A stretch of 64,000 nucleotides of DNA from Callorhinchus milii (GCF_018977255.1 NW_024704748.1:14570001-14634000); one strand, 5' to 3'. Positions 12,851 through 26,248 are shown, numbered from the stretch's first letter. A program made the numbers and translations. Notes: generated by a model not told the origin, from the letters alone.

Positions 12851-15800
12851 TTCCTTCCTCTTTTGCTGCAGTTGAAATTCAATTCTTCCATGCCTTCCAG
12901 TGTGTGTTGTATACGTCTGCAATGACAAGCATAAAAGACCACCTCATTCTTCAGAGGTCTATGACAATGGGGTCATGGCTTCTCCCACGTTCCTAGCAGC
13001 TTTTGGGTTAGCAAATTCTAGTTTGTTTATTCAGGCCCATCTTTGTTTCTCCTATTAATTCCCCCTCCAATGCTAGAAGTAGCTGTTAAATCTACATCTC
13101 TGTGAATACATTGACATAAATATTAAACCATATTCTAGGCATTATTATCCAGTTCATCCTTGGTGCGCTTTGAAATAACCATTTGATTTTTTTTAGATTT
13201 CAGACTGTATTGTAAAGGCGAAGGGGGCTTTGTTGCTGTACTTTTGGAGTAGAGTACTAGGATAGAGAGGGCTGGGGAATTGTATTGGAGAAAATTGAGC
13301 ATTACATGGCATGAATTAGAGAGGCAAGAGGTTACTTAGCAATTCACAAAAGCCAGTAGTCTCACAGGACTATAAGTCTAGAAGGAGATCAGACTGCCAC
13401 CAGCAGTTTTATTATAGTATCAATAAGAATAGAATTACCTACTTCGGAGCAGTGGGATTGAGCAACATGATTGAAATTAGGACATGAAGAAGCAGGTGAC
13501 TCGCTCACCCTTCAGGCTCATGAGTTACATTTTCTCAATGTCATTCGGTTAATTATTTATTGTTTCCCATTGGCAATTTTATACATAACTGCACCACCCA
13601 GCTTGCTTAAGTCATTTGCATATTTGATGCAGTCACCAGGGAACACAATGAGACTGCGGGTTTCAAACTCTGTCTCTTACTCTTGAGTGTTCAAGAGTAA
13701 TCAGATTCATCTTGCATAAGTGCAATATGTCAGTAACCTGGAGTCTTTGAGTTCTGGATCCTCACAACGGATGTTATATTCGGTCTCTGAACCAGTGTTT
13801 ATATATTTTGATCAGACTTTTTTCTGAGCAACATTCTTCCCTTTTCTGACTTTTTTGTATACTGTATGCATGTAAGTGTTAAACATGCCAAGACTGGGTT
13901 TCCATTTAAAATTTACACGCTTCTCTTGTTATTTCTCAACTATATGTGCACAGGACCCAAAATGTTCACTTGATGTTGATCACATTTGTAATTTCCTGGG
14001 TGTCTGTCACTTGGCTGTTCCCTTCTACAGTATTTCACTTCCCAGCCTTAAGTAAAACCAGAGCAATACTTTAGCATGCACCAGGACAGCAGAATAAGAG
14101 GACATGGGTTTAGAATTGCAAAGAGTATTTCATGATAATTAATGACTGGAGCAGATTGCCACAAAGAGTGGTTGAGACCAGGACACTGGCCTTGTTTAAA
14201 ATAACTTGATACTGTGATGGGAAGATAGTAGGGTGGATATAGAAATGATGAGATCAAAAGGGCCAAAGGGTCTTCTTCATCCAAACCAATTGTGATTTTT
14301 TTTTCTGTTTCTGTATCCTGATCTCTTTCTCTCCCTCTCTCTCTCTTCCCTTTGCTTCTCTCCTGTATTTCTTTCTCTTGGCTTCCCACTATCCCTGACG
14401 ACTACCCTATCACTCATAATGTGTGTCACATAAAAAACGTAATAGGCAATGAAATTCTCTTAAGAATTTGCTTGATGTGTCTTTTAGAAGAATCTAGCTG
14501 ATCATTTTAGTTGTCCGTTACCACAGTACAACTCACTATGTGAATCTCTGAACAGAGAAATGTACAGCTCAACATTAAGCAGTTTCTAGCTACCCAGTTT
14601 AACATAGTTAATGAATGCACAGGTAATCCCTCACAATAAGGGCCTTTGATATGCCACTGTCTCTGGTTTAACAGGCATTGTTTGTTCCTCCTTTTCTATT
14701 TGAGGAGTCATAAGAAGTTTATGCCTCTAACCTCTGAAACTCGCTGCCTCTAACCTCCACCTCATCCCTTCCATCTATCCTGTAATCCCCTTCCCCTTTC
14801 TCTCTCACATGGTGTCCAACCCCACCACTGTGAAACACTCAAACATTATCCTACATCAAAGGCACTACACAAATGAAAGTTGTTGTTGTCTACTTTTCCA
14901 AACAGCACTTGCAGTAATTGTTTAGGTGCCTCCAGAGAGACGTAAGAGACACGTAAAATGTAGGTTAAAACATCAAGATGCAAAAGAGATAATTTCTGAA
15001 GAACCAAAGCTTTTTATGTGTGAAAAAAAGTGCGTGACATTGCAGACGTAGACAATTTATTATAATATATTTTAATAACAAGTCAACATCGCAGGAAATT
15101 AAGAAAAGAACTCTCGAGGTCGGGCTGATTAATCACTGAACACTTGTACCTGTATATGGGGAAAAAAGGAACAAATTAATTAGAAATGCATTAAAACTAT
15201 GATAATAAAATTTGCTTTCTGAGCCAGTTTGCTTAGCTGTGGATGAAATGATTCAGTGTCCTTCACAGATTAAATTGCATGCTTCATTGGGTCTGGATCT
15301 GACAACTGAGGACTAGGCAGCCAGCAGCTAATATCATTTGATACAGATGTATTTTGAATTGATACCTTTATAATTATTGATTATATAATTTGGGCCAGAA
15401 AAGGGGAAGAGAATTGAGATAAATTTCTTACGTGAGAATAGCTATTTGTCAAGTCTTAACCAGATTGTGATGAAGTACCGTCTCAGAGCGTGCATGGCTA
15501 GAGCATCCATCTGCAGTGAACTGTTAAAGGTTCGGGGTAACGTAAACTCTCTTCACAAAAGGAAAAGCAAACAAAACATTATTGAGTGAGTGCTAAGTAC
15601 TCTCCAGCTTGCAATTCATTCTTTTACTTTGACTTGTTTCCGCTCCTTAAACAGTGGCACAAAAGCCATCAAATATTCCTTTACCTCAGAGTCCCCAATT
15701 GATGAAGTCCTTCTGCCCAGCAACCTGTGGCGATTAGTCTCACTAATGGGAAAGAAGTGCACTAATTATGCAAATCTTTCTCTTGATACCTGGAGGCTTT

Positions 15801-16020
15801 CATGACTCAACCCAACCATATCTGTCCTTGAATTCTAACTTTCTTCATTTTATTAATTCACAAGTTATTACATTAGTTTTAAGATTTCAAAGATTTTTTT
15901 TGCTGGCCAAGAATAATTGAAACACATTGGCATCTTGAGGGATACTCTAGTTTAATGATACTCTCTTTCTTCTCTCCACCACAACTCCACCCTTTCCCCC
16001 CAATCACCCATTTCATTTAG

Positions 16021-16201
16021 GTGGAATGGCTGAAGAATGAAGATGTTATCAACCCAGTTCAAGACTCCAACTTCCTCATCACCATTGACCATAACCTGAT
16101 CATCAAACAAGCTCGTCTGTCAGACACAGCGAACTACACGTGTGTGGCTAAGAATATTGTTGCCAAGCGGAGGAGTACCACTGCCACAGTGCTTGTATAC
16201 G
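16021..16201 (+). CDS. UNC5B: UNC5B exon 5 (181 nt), Ig2
   Basis: tttcatttag|GTGGAATGG...GTATACG|gtaaga; [60 protein letters not shown]; NYT glycosylation sequon. Confidence 0.97.
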
Positions 16202-18044
16202 GTAAGAAGCAGGTCTAGAGTTTACAGTATCCAGAAAATACAGGACCAATTTACATTATAGCCTGTCAGTTACTGACTACAGTATAGCTGGATTTGTAAC
16301 GATCAGTTTACACTATAGGTGAACGTCCAGTGACACAGCAACATGTGCCATAAATGTTATCTGCCAGTGTACCTCGGGTTTTTGGGGGAAAAGTTCCACT
16401 GACACATCAGTGCAGCAACTTGGTCCTTTAACAGATCCAGGTATAACATGGGTACAGCCTGGTGTTGTGCGATGAGCTGTTCTGATGACTAATACTCTAA
16501 ATAGGAAAAGTATAATTGCTTGTACATCAGCAGCTTTCCTACTGCTAGCCCTTAAAGCAATAACAACTCGATTTAATAATCTATAATTTACTTGTTGAAG
16601 GTTTTGGAAGTAGCAGAATCCCAATTAATAGGGCTCCACTTGACGTGTTAGTCAACACCTAGCTTTGATTAGCAAGTTAAAATTCCAGTTTCAGCAGCAA
16701 TGTTGCATATTCTGCATCATTCTGGGCATTGGTTGTTTTTTCCCTGACTGTTGACTGAAAAAGAAGGGAAAAAAACATAACAAATGTGTGTGGTCTGTTC
16801 AGTATACAGCAGTACATTAATGGAATTTAGAAAGAATTAATATGCTGTTGATAAGATCTAAGATGAATGATGCAGAATAATCTTCAGCCTTCGGAGCTGC
16901 CAATGGGTTACAATAAAAAGAGGGGCATTGTTATTGTGATCTCAGGATTTACTGATGCAAACAACAAAATAGTTAACATGCCTCATCAATTGCATTGTGC
17001 ATATTCAGTATGACATGTTTTAGGGTTAATCTGATAATACTTGGCAGGCTTGAGGTAAGCTCACGTAAATGCCTGAAGATTGGCTGCCAATGATTGATAA
17101 CAAAGTCAGAAAATACGAAAGCATAGAACAAGAAAAGGTTGACCAGCCCAGCTGTCAAACCCACTTCTTCTATAGACTGTGGAAAAAGACACTATTGTTG
17201 ACTACTCCCACCTGCACTGTCTCATGGCAGAAGCTCCGTATGATTGCAACCTGATTCCCAAATGTAACGAGCATCAGCACCATAATATTTATCCATGCCC
17301 ATATCTCCACAGTTCAAACCTGGCCTCTCTTCCTCCAAAGACAAGTCTTTCTCATCATCAACAGCTCCCAGCAGAACAGACAACATTAGGTCCTATGGAG
17401 CATTTGTCCATCTCAGTTTTTACTTGTCCTTATACTCTTCAGTAACATTTCCAAGCAGAAGCTTAATTTGTTTCAAAGGGAGTTAACCAACAGGAAAGTT
17501 GGAGGCAATTGGTTTGGCGTTTGTTATGAATCTTGTAATTCTGGGAGAAGATGGAAGAAGCAATTCAAAAGACGGAAATTAAGAAATTTCCAGATTAATA
17601 CTGATTTCAGGGACACAAAATTCTCCATATGCATTTCTGTCTAAAAATAACGCATAGCACATTTCAGGGTATGTTCAGGTTCACTCACAATCCAACAAGT
17701 GATACTAGATTTCAGCAGGCAAAGTGCAGAAAAAAACCTCAAACAATATTTTCTTCAGATTTGTAAAGGGTGGATTCTGGACTGGAATAGGATATGTTTA
17801 TCAGGTTCAAATCCTCTTGTATGGCTTTTGACTGGTAGAACCTCAGCACTGCGACAGTCATCATTTTTATTGACCGGCTGTCCAATTTAGGCAGGTCAAT
17901 CCCCTCAATAGAGTGTAATTGAAAGGTCAGTTGTGGGATAGTTGGACATACAGTTTAGACAAGCTCTACTCGGTTGGACTGAAATGAAGGGAATGCAGTA
18001 CAAAGTATGATACTGCACAGCTCTCTTTTCCAGGTGCTAGTCTG

Positions 18045-18470
18045 GATGATTTGGTAGCATGTGTACAACTGAGTCAGAAGGCTGTGAATTCAATTTCCAC
18101 ATTGGGGCTTTAAAATCACAGTCTAAGCTGATATTCCAATGCAGTCCAGGGTGTGTAACTTCATTGGTGGAGGTGCTGTCTTTCAGATGAGATGTTAAAT
18201 TGAGGTCTTATCTGCCTGTTTAGGTGGACTTTAATGATCATGGTATTATTCAGAAAGAGAAGGGAGTTTCTCCTGGTTTCCTGGCCACCAATTTCCCAAA
18301 TAAAATCTATCATGGCTCTTTGTGGGACATTGCAGCGTGCAGATTTGTTGTTGTGTTTCCCTACAAAACACAAATTCAGTACACTTTTCAGTGTATCCTG
18401 TGAAGCAGATTTTGAGATGTCCTCCTGATGTGAAGATTGCTGTATCAAATGCAAAGATTTTTATTTATAT
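18045..18470 (+). mobile_element. Old DeuSINE (SacSINE1/AmnSINE1-like), near full length
   Basis: TTGGTAGCA..CTGAGTCAGAAGG head, GGAGGTGCTGTCTTTCAGATGAGATGTTAAA, TAGGTGGAC, GGGAGTTTCTCC, TGTGGGACATTGC core and L2-type tail; matches the recalled DeuSINE consensus. Confidence 0.75.
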
Positions 18471-18511
18471 ACATTTCAACCAAAGAAATCCTGTTCTGAT
18501 TTTCCGCACAG

Positions 18512-18679
18512 TAAATGGTGGATGGTCCACCTGGACAGAATGGACTACATGTAGCAATCGCTGTGGCCGAGGCTGGCAGAAGCGTACGAGAACATGTACC
18601 AACCCAGCCCCACTCAATAGCGGGGCCTTCTGTGACGGACAAACTTCCCAGAGGATTTCCTGCAGCACTATGTGCCCAG
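18512..18679 (+). CDS. UNC5B: UNC5B exon 6 (168 nt), TSP1 repeat 1
   Basis: tttccgcacag|TAAATGGT...TGCCCAG|gtgagt; (V)[55 protein letters not shown]; WxxWxxW motif. Confidence 0.96.
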
Positions 18680-19484
18680 GTGAGTTTGATGTGCAGCCGG
18701 TGTAAGCAATGCTGAAAATCCAAAAAGAGGTGGCTCTGGTGTGTGCGTGTATGTTGGATTTGTTCATATTATACACAAGAACTTCCAAATATTTCAACCG
18801 TATTGTTTATTATTGAATTTACTCTCCATCCGCTGTGAGATATGAGGTCTGTTCCCTAAATGGCTGTATAAACTGAATAGTTCTATGCATACTATATGTA
18901 TATAATACATATAACATTTTTGTGGGTAGACTGCAGGATATTTTTGGGAAGATTTCAGATGCTTCTGCAGGGGGAAAACATTTGCTCAGCAGTTTCCACA
19001 TATCATCCATCATGACAATGTTACCTACTCCACTGGAGATTATAAATCAATGGAGAATTAAAATATCCAACCAGAATTCAGTTGTATTTACAATGATATC
19101 CACCAAAAATGACTCACTTTACTTTAACAAATTGCCTCTTTATTCCTACCCTTCCCCAACCCCACTTCACTGACAAACTCCAGAAAAAAACACAATGGAA
19201 GGCTTAAAATATCTCTCAAAAATTTATCAAACATATTCTACTTGACTGAAAGCTCCAAAGGAAGATTGAGATCAGATTAAAGTTGATCCAGATACATACT
19301 ATTTAAATCTAATTCCCATTTGCCAGGCATTGAGCGGAGAATCTCACTCCAGGATTCAAGTCTCTGATTCTTTATACAGGGCAGCTCTATTATAACACAC
19401 TTCTTTATAGCTATTCTTTATAGCACAAATTGAGTTACATCTCTATTGCAATGCTGGAATTTTGTTTTCCACAATCTATTTGAG

Positions 19485-19620
19485 GAGGACGGGTTTGCAG
19501 GGTTATGGGGAAAGGGCTGGGGAGTGGGATTGACATTAATTGCTCTATTCAAAGAGCCGCACAAACTCGATGGGCCGAATGGCCTCTTTTTGTGCTGTAC
19601 GATTCTAAGATTCTATGAAT
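19485..19620 (+). mobile_element. CR1 3' tail fragment (ATTCTATG-type)
   Basis: GGGTTATGGGGAAAGGGC, GATGGGCCGAATGGCCTC, GATTCTAAGATTCTATGA. Confidence 0.7.
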
Positions 19621-20496
19621 CATGTTTGCCACTCGATCCTGCAGTTCCAACGTACTGACATTCAGTCACTGCATAGGAGAATTTGTAACTTTAGCAATTA
19701 TTCTGATCAGTGTTAGTTAGCAGGAAAGAAGTGCAGCTGCTAAGAAGGCACATTTGGAGGTTAGTATCCTGTATATTGACAGTTTGGCTTCCAGTGACAG
19801 CACTGTGGGGTAATTGAAGTAGACCTGCTGATTCCAGAGGCTCCAGTCATTGAGGGAGATCTAACAGCCAGAATTAAAAATGGTGAAGACAACATGCAAG
19901 CAACGAGTTTACACATGCACGTTGTCAATGACACTGAGGCATCTGTCCTTAAGTTTAACTGGGTTGGGGGAAGAGTTTCTGCAACTGGGTCAACCCGGAC
20001 TGTTTACAGGATGTTTTATATAAAATGGACCTGTAAATATTGTGCTGACACATGATCATTGGAAACAGATGACCTCTGCCTCAATTTTTTTAGATCTACC
20101 TCAAACATCAGTGCCTCTGTTCTGTAAATAAACAGCTTGCTTAGCTTGTTCGTGATAAGATGGTGTGTAAAAGTTACTAATTGCCTTTTCCGCTCACCAC
20201 ACAACATGGCAAATTACTGCCTTATGGCAGAGCAAGTAGACCGGTCAAGGCAAAGAGTTAATAGGCCATTCAAGCATGCATTGTGCTGGAATATGCCTTT
20301 TGATCTGTGCTCCTGGCAGTGCAACTGAAGTAAGGGGAATGTTGCAGAGTGAGTGAGCGTGTGGCGTCTTGAATCAGAGCATCAGGTGTGAAGCCCCAGA
20401 AATAGTGATTTAATTAAAGCAGGGCTGGCTGGCTGTGATGTGACCCCAAATCATTTTTATTTTATTTCTTATTTTCTTTTTCCTGGTAAAATGCAG

Positions 20497-20661
20497 TTGA
20501 TGGTGGCTGGACAGAGTGGAGCAAATGGTCGGCTTGCAGCACAGAGTGCACCCACTGGAGAAGCCGCAAGTGCGCGGCGCCGTCCCCCAGAAACGGAGGC
20601 AGAGACTGCTCCGGTCTAGTGCTGGTGTCCAAAAACTGCACAGATGGGCTCTGTATGCAGA
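20497..20661 (+). CDS. UNC5B: UNC5B exon 7 (165 nt), TSP1 repeat 2
   Basis: aaatgcag|TTGATGGT...ATGCAGA|gtaagt; (V)[54 protein letters not shown]; the coding frame is not in the ORF track. Confidence 0.96.
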
Positions 20662-22565
20662 GTAAGTAGCAAAGTAGCACAGATTGCCATTGGATGAATT
20701 TCTCTGCAGGGGTGTGCTCTAGCAGCAGGTAAAAGCTGGGCACATCACACAGATGCTGTGCTTGCAATGTGCTACATCTGTGTGGTACCAGCAGCAGGTG
20801 AAGTCAACAATGTTGATTTAAATATGCAATCTACACTATCTGCGGAGCTTCAATCCTGCCGTTTGACACTAAATGCTGTTGATAAGCAGGAGCACGAAGT
20901 TACTTAAATTTGCCCTGATTTACAGTGGTGGAGGTAAGGGGCCCGTCAAAAAAGACAGACCAAATCCCAAATGAAGAAGAATGCACTGTTTGTAAAGGTT
21001 TCCATTCTGCAACCCTCGATTCTCTCCCTATGTTTATTTAATCGATCCATGCCGTCTCCCTTCCAGTGCCGTTTCTCCTCAGTTCAGAAGGTGAGATGTT
21101 CGCTTTCATGGAGATCTTCCCATATGCTTTTGTAACAACTGCTCCAACAAAGGAGGTGCTTGTGACCCATGCAGTAAGTGGCTATTATTCCTCCCTCGTT
21201 CTACAGCTCCAAGCCCTGTGGTCAAGCCACAACCTTCTCCTCAGGCTGGACCTTGTCTTTGTACCAGCTGAGATTTGAAGCATTCCATCATGGTGACTGC
21301 TGGGCAGACCTTTGATCCTTCCATTCCTCAGGAATTCTTTCACAGTTTTACAAAGATTTGTTCTATAGTTAATCTTTGTACAGAATTCAGTTGTTTATAA
21401 TGGATTTTGCATGTGGCTCTTCCATGCTTCTCATGACCAAATAGAATGTGACAATCTCTATCAAGGCTCACATGTGATCAATGGCCAATTGCCCAAAGTG
21501 TCAGTTTGTTCTGTTTGCTCTATTAACAAATAATGAAAAGATGGCTGGTGTTAGTGATTACTGAGTGAGAGATTCCTCTTGTATTTGGGTGTCTGATACT
21601 GAGTTTGAAATGAGCATCAATGACTCAGTTGGCGCTCGTTTGGCATGGTACTGTGGATCATACACAAGGAAGGTCTCTGGTTCATGTGCTGAGTTAGCTG
21701 AGCTCAGCTGGTGCAGCAGCAAAAAAACTGCAATGATTCTCAGTGTCTCGTTTGGAGAAAGGAAACATCAGTCATAATTCTTGTCCTTGCTAGCTATTCA
21801 ATGACCCCGGCAGGAAAGGAAGTATGTGTGTGTGAGTGAAAGTCTACTGAAGATGGGATAGTATTATGATTATTGACTGATTGTCCCTTAGTTCATTTAG
21901 CTTGCTGTACACTTATATGAGATATTGGAATATTTTCTAGTGCTTGTACAACACACTTTGTGAGTTACTGCCTTGAGAAGAAAGGTAATAAGGGTACAAT
22001 TGGAGGGTGGGGAGAGGTGGACCTCATAATCTGAGGCCTTTTAAAACATCCTCTCAATATGAAAGGGACAATATCAAAGATCATTATTATTAAAATTGTA
22101 TTATACTTTGGAGTTGGTGTTCTCATCAAGGTAAGAGATACTGTTGCTGGGAAATGGGCCATTGCTCCACTGATGCCAAGCCCTGTCTGTGTAGAGAATT
22201 CCCATGTCCTGTGTTTGCCTACAACATCACTGCATTTTACAGTGGTTCTTGGAAAGCACTTAGAGGTTCCTCCCAAAGTGGAAAGTGCTATATCAATGGC
22301 AAGGATTATTATTATTTATAAGAAGGCACATATCCTGTCCCACCCAGACTTTCAGACTATATACCCTCACTCTTTGGAACTTGATCCTGGAGTCTCTTTG
22401 CTTGCCCCTTCCCTTGCTTCCTTCAAGGTCCACATCAAGATTGCTTCAGAAGATGACTCCCAGGTGACATTCCGTTTCACACACTAGCTATTCCTGCAGT
22501 GTGTTTGAGGGAGGCTACTTATTCACTATCAAAATAATGCTAAATTAGGAGCAGTTCTGTATTTA

Positions 22566-22878
22566 TAATAATAATAATAATCCTTGCATTTGATATAGCG
22601 CTCTTCACGTCGGGAGGACGTCCCAAAGCGCTTCACAGAACACACTGTAAAGTGAATTGACTGTATATTTGTGGGCGAACGCGCACAGCAATGTCCCACA
22701 AACAGTCGTAGATTGAAAATGACCAATTTAATTATTGTTTTTGTTTTTTTGGAGGGATTATTATTAGGCGTGTGGAGTAAGGAAACTTGCCCAAGGTTTC
22801 GCCCTGACCTGCCTGGAATTGAACTCAGGTCTCTCACTTGCAAAGCGAGTGCTCTAACCACTGAGCTACAGGACTCCA
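22566..22878 (-). mobile_element. Young tRNA-derived SINE, same family, reverse strand
   Basis: Reverse complement of the 41142 element: (TAA)n tail at 22566, head ...CTAACCACTGAGCTACAGGACTCCA ending 22878. Confidence 0.9.
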
Positions 22879-25133
22879 TTTCATTTCACAATGGAGTCCA
22901 CAATAGCAGGATGGGAGACTACAGTACTGCACTGTTCAAAATGTATATTGCTTAGAAAAGGCTTGTTTCATTGACCCTGGATAATGAAACAAGTCAGAAG
23001 AACTGCAGTTCAGTGTTGCGTGAAGTAAACTGACATGTCCGAAGGCTGACTTCCAAAAATATGAATAATTTTCTAGAAATGATGCGTCCTGAACTTGACC
23101 TTACATATTAATTGGAACTTCACAGCCAAGCTTCTTCTGTATTAAATGAGTATTTTAAAAGGCTAGACTGGCACTCTTGTCGGGTCAAATCAGCTTTTGT
23201 CTTCAGTACCAGCAAATAATATGCCCTCAGGACACATTTGCAACAATTTTCCAACCAAATTCTTTGTGTAATGCATCTGGACCTTGCAGAGGACGTTCAA
23301 TGAATGTAACAGGCTCAGCTGGGCCTGGAGTTCAGTGTCAGCTCCTGGTACTGCCTGTCCCATTTCTGGCTGGCCTTACAGCTGTTCCAGCACAAGGAGA
23401 GCTGGGCCCTCACAGCATTCATACCACATAATACATCCTAATGGTCCATTTCAATGTTCAGCTTCAGCTAAAGGCTTCCTTGTCTCGCTACTCTGTTTAT
23501 AGCTCATTATTATTTTACAGCTTTTAGAGATAGACGTTTGGACACAAGCAATTAAAAGAACTTCTGCGGCAGTTAATTAGGGATAAAGAGTGGAGGGCTT
23601 TGGTCCATCTTATTTTCAGTTTACTACAACAACAATAAAAAATTGCCTTTTGCTTTGGGAGGACATGGCAAGGCGATGGAAGAAATACAACGGGGCCAAT
23701 TTGTGATGTTTTGTACCCAGATTTCTTAATAATGACTCCCAATTTATAAACTCCTTCCAGTCGCTGGATGTACATTGCACTGACTTTTGGAGAACTAACA
23801 TTTTTAATCTGTGCTGAGTTACACAGTGTCAGACAGGACAGCAGAAAGTACGTACACTGGAATTGGCCTCAGTTTCTCTGGGTTGGGGAAGGAGGAAAAG
23901 CAGCTGTTCCTCTGTAAAGTCCATCTGTTTGAACGTAGGGAGAAGAGAGAATCGAGGTTCTCTCCCTCATTGGTTCCCAAGCCTAACATATAGACTTGCG
24001 CAAAAAAAATGCCCAGAATGTTAGCAAGGAAACGGGACATTCAAACCAACTCATCCACGCCAGTGTTTATATGCTGAATTAGCAGGAATCCACTCTTACT
24101 AATTCACTCTGCCATGCCCAGGCACATGGATGAGATATTGACCAAAAAATTGCAGTTTTGACCGCTTACATTTTCTAAGTTGGCTGATCTAAATCAGGGA
24201 TGCGATACAATTCAGTGTCCCTCAGCTAGGGAAGGGAAAAGTCAAAGAGGGTTCTCACTCTGCTCTAGACAGAAAGAACATCTAATGAAACAGGATTGGG
24301 CTTGTGCATAATTATCAGGAAGCAAAGGTATCATAGGGTGCTGTTGCTAATAGAACGGTACCCCCTGTACAAGTCAGTAACAATAGGAAAGGACAAGTGC
24401 AGAAAATGTAGTCTCCACTTGAAGCTCATATTGTTCCTTTTTTCCAATCTTAGATTCTTGGTACAAAGTTGCCAAAAGCTCATGGTCCTTGCAGCCGGCT
24501 TCCTCTCAGTGTTAGTTTCCTGTGCCAGATTCCCTGTCGTTATAACCTTGAAACTAGCAACAACCTTCTGCTTGATCTTAATGGGCCAATTGATCTCCTC
24601 CTCTGCTCTGATTCTACGATTCTATAGACCTGCACACTTTGTGGAATAAGAATACATCAGCAGTAACCAGGAAGGCTACAAATAGTGCTCATGAGCTGCT
24701 TGTACTTCTGTCATCACTTGGTCCACCATTGTGTCTGCTTTAATCTGAAAGCCTGTAGTTTTCTGTACTCTCTCTCATCTAAACCTCCACAAAGTAAAGG
24801 CAGAAGCATAAAACCTGCGCCCCTTTATTTTATATTTTGAAATTATAGTTATATTACCAGTATATCAGGCAGCAGGAATAAAATCTGAGTTCAGGTAAGA
24901 ATAAAAGGAGTAATCATGTAAGAGTAAAGCCCTCCCAGCACAATTAAGAGCATTATCCCTCTAAATTGTTTTACATTCTTCCAACCATCTTCTCATTCCA
25001 AATAATGATATAAAAGTTTCGATGTTTGACTCAGTGTGTACGTGTGGATGTGTTTGGGGCAAGATTAAGTGGAGTGTATCCAATTTATTTTCCTTTGCAA
25101 GTTTTATTTCTGTGTACATTTAGCAACTACAGT

Positions 25134-25286
25134 TCATTTCATTTTCATTATCTTTCTCGTGCTGAGTTTATTTTCATTCTTTTTTAACAGATGAAAGGCT
25201 TTTAAATGAACCAACGAGTACTAGTAAGTTTCCATTTCATTATTTTTAATTCATTTTTGGATGTGAAAGTGGTGTACAATAATCAT
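25134..25286 (+). promoter_or_regulatory. YCAY clusters (NOVA-type splicing elements) flanking exon 8
   Basis: TCAT at 25134, 25139, 25145, 25174 upstream; CCAT 25232 and TCAT 25237, 25251, 25283 downstream. Confidence 0.6.
25191..25223 (+). CDS. UNC5B: UNC5B exon 8, 33-nt cassette microexon (stalk)
   Basis: ttttcattcttttttaacag|ATGAAAGGCTTTTAAATGAACCAACGAGTACTA|gtaagt; phase 1-1, reads (N)ERLLNEPTST; same length and position as the 33-nt alternatively spliced exon 8 of mammalian UNC5B. Confidence 0.85.
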
Positions 25287-26248
25287 TTATTGTGAGACAC
25301 TGGTTTATACAGCCATGGATCTTAGTGGTGAACGTATCTTGTCTAACCTAACCAACATGAGTCATGCATTCTTTCGGTTAGCTGGGTGTCTGACACATGC
25401 AGAAACTGATCACTATGGTTAAGAGTATCCACACCAGATACATTTACACGTGTGCATGCCACCCCTATGTGGAAATCACAGTGTCTGGAATGCAGCGCCG
25501 TTGTGTCCCTGGAGGGATGCAACAAGAACAATAACAACTTCCATTTATATAGCGCCCTTCATGCCGGATGGTGTCTCAGAGTGCTTAAATGCATCCTGCT
25601 TACTTAATTCTGGAAAGAAAGTATTAGGTGCAGGATGGTGAGAGACAAGGCTTGGGTTCCTCCAGGGGTTTAACAAACCAAGGACGTTACCTTAGAACCA
25701 AGGAGACCTTGCTTACTTATCTTATCCCTCTCCCGGGAGGATAAAAACAAGGTATTGATTTTTCATCCAACAAGTGCAGTATTGAGCTATCCCCATTTGG
25801 ATGGCAGGTTCCAGGAACTCTCTGCAAGCCTCTTGGTGAACAACAGAACTCAGCACCCATATAAGAGGGTGAGAAGTTCTCACTCTTAACGCTTCACATC
25901 CCGTTGTTGTGCGGAATCATTTTGAAGTGAGACAACGAGATTTCATCCCCAGTTTGAGAAGCGACGATGTATTTGGATGACGCAATGTCAGAATTTTTAA
26001 GCAAGAAATGTCAAGCTCCACAACCCTGTCGTTTAACTTGCATTATAATTGGATGCATATTATAACATGGTTTGATTGTAAAACTCAGCTTGTGGAATGA
26101 CTATTGTGCTCACTGATTATTGCACATGTTTAATAATTCATAGATTGTCATTTCTCGGGCTTAGTTTGTCAGCTAATATTTTCCAGGCTTTGACCCAGGT
26201 TTTGACCCACATTGCAGCTAATGTGAAGAATTTTTTTTTTTTTTTCAG

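Noticed and set aside
20926-20933. 8-nt microexon tttacag|TGGTGGAG|gtaagg
   Set aside because: Frame-shifting with a short pyrimidine tract; unsupported without RNA data.
24849-24900. Extra cassette exon using donor CAG|gtaaga at 24894
   Set aside because: None of the nearby upstream AGs gives a length divisible by 3, and the pyrimidine tracts are poor.
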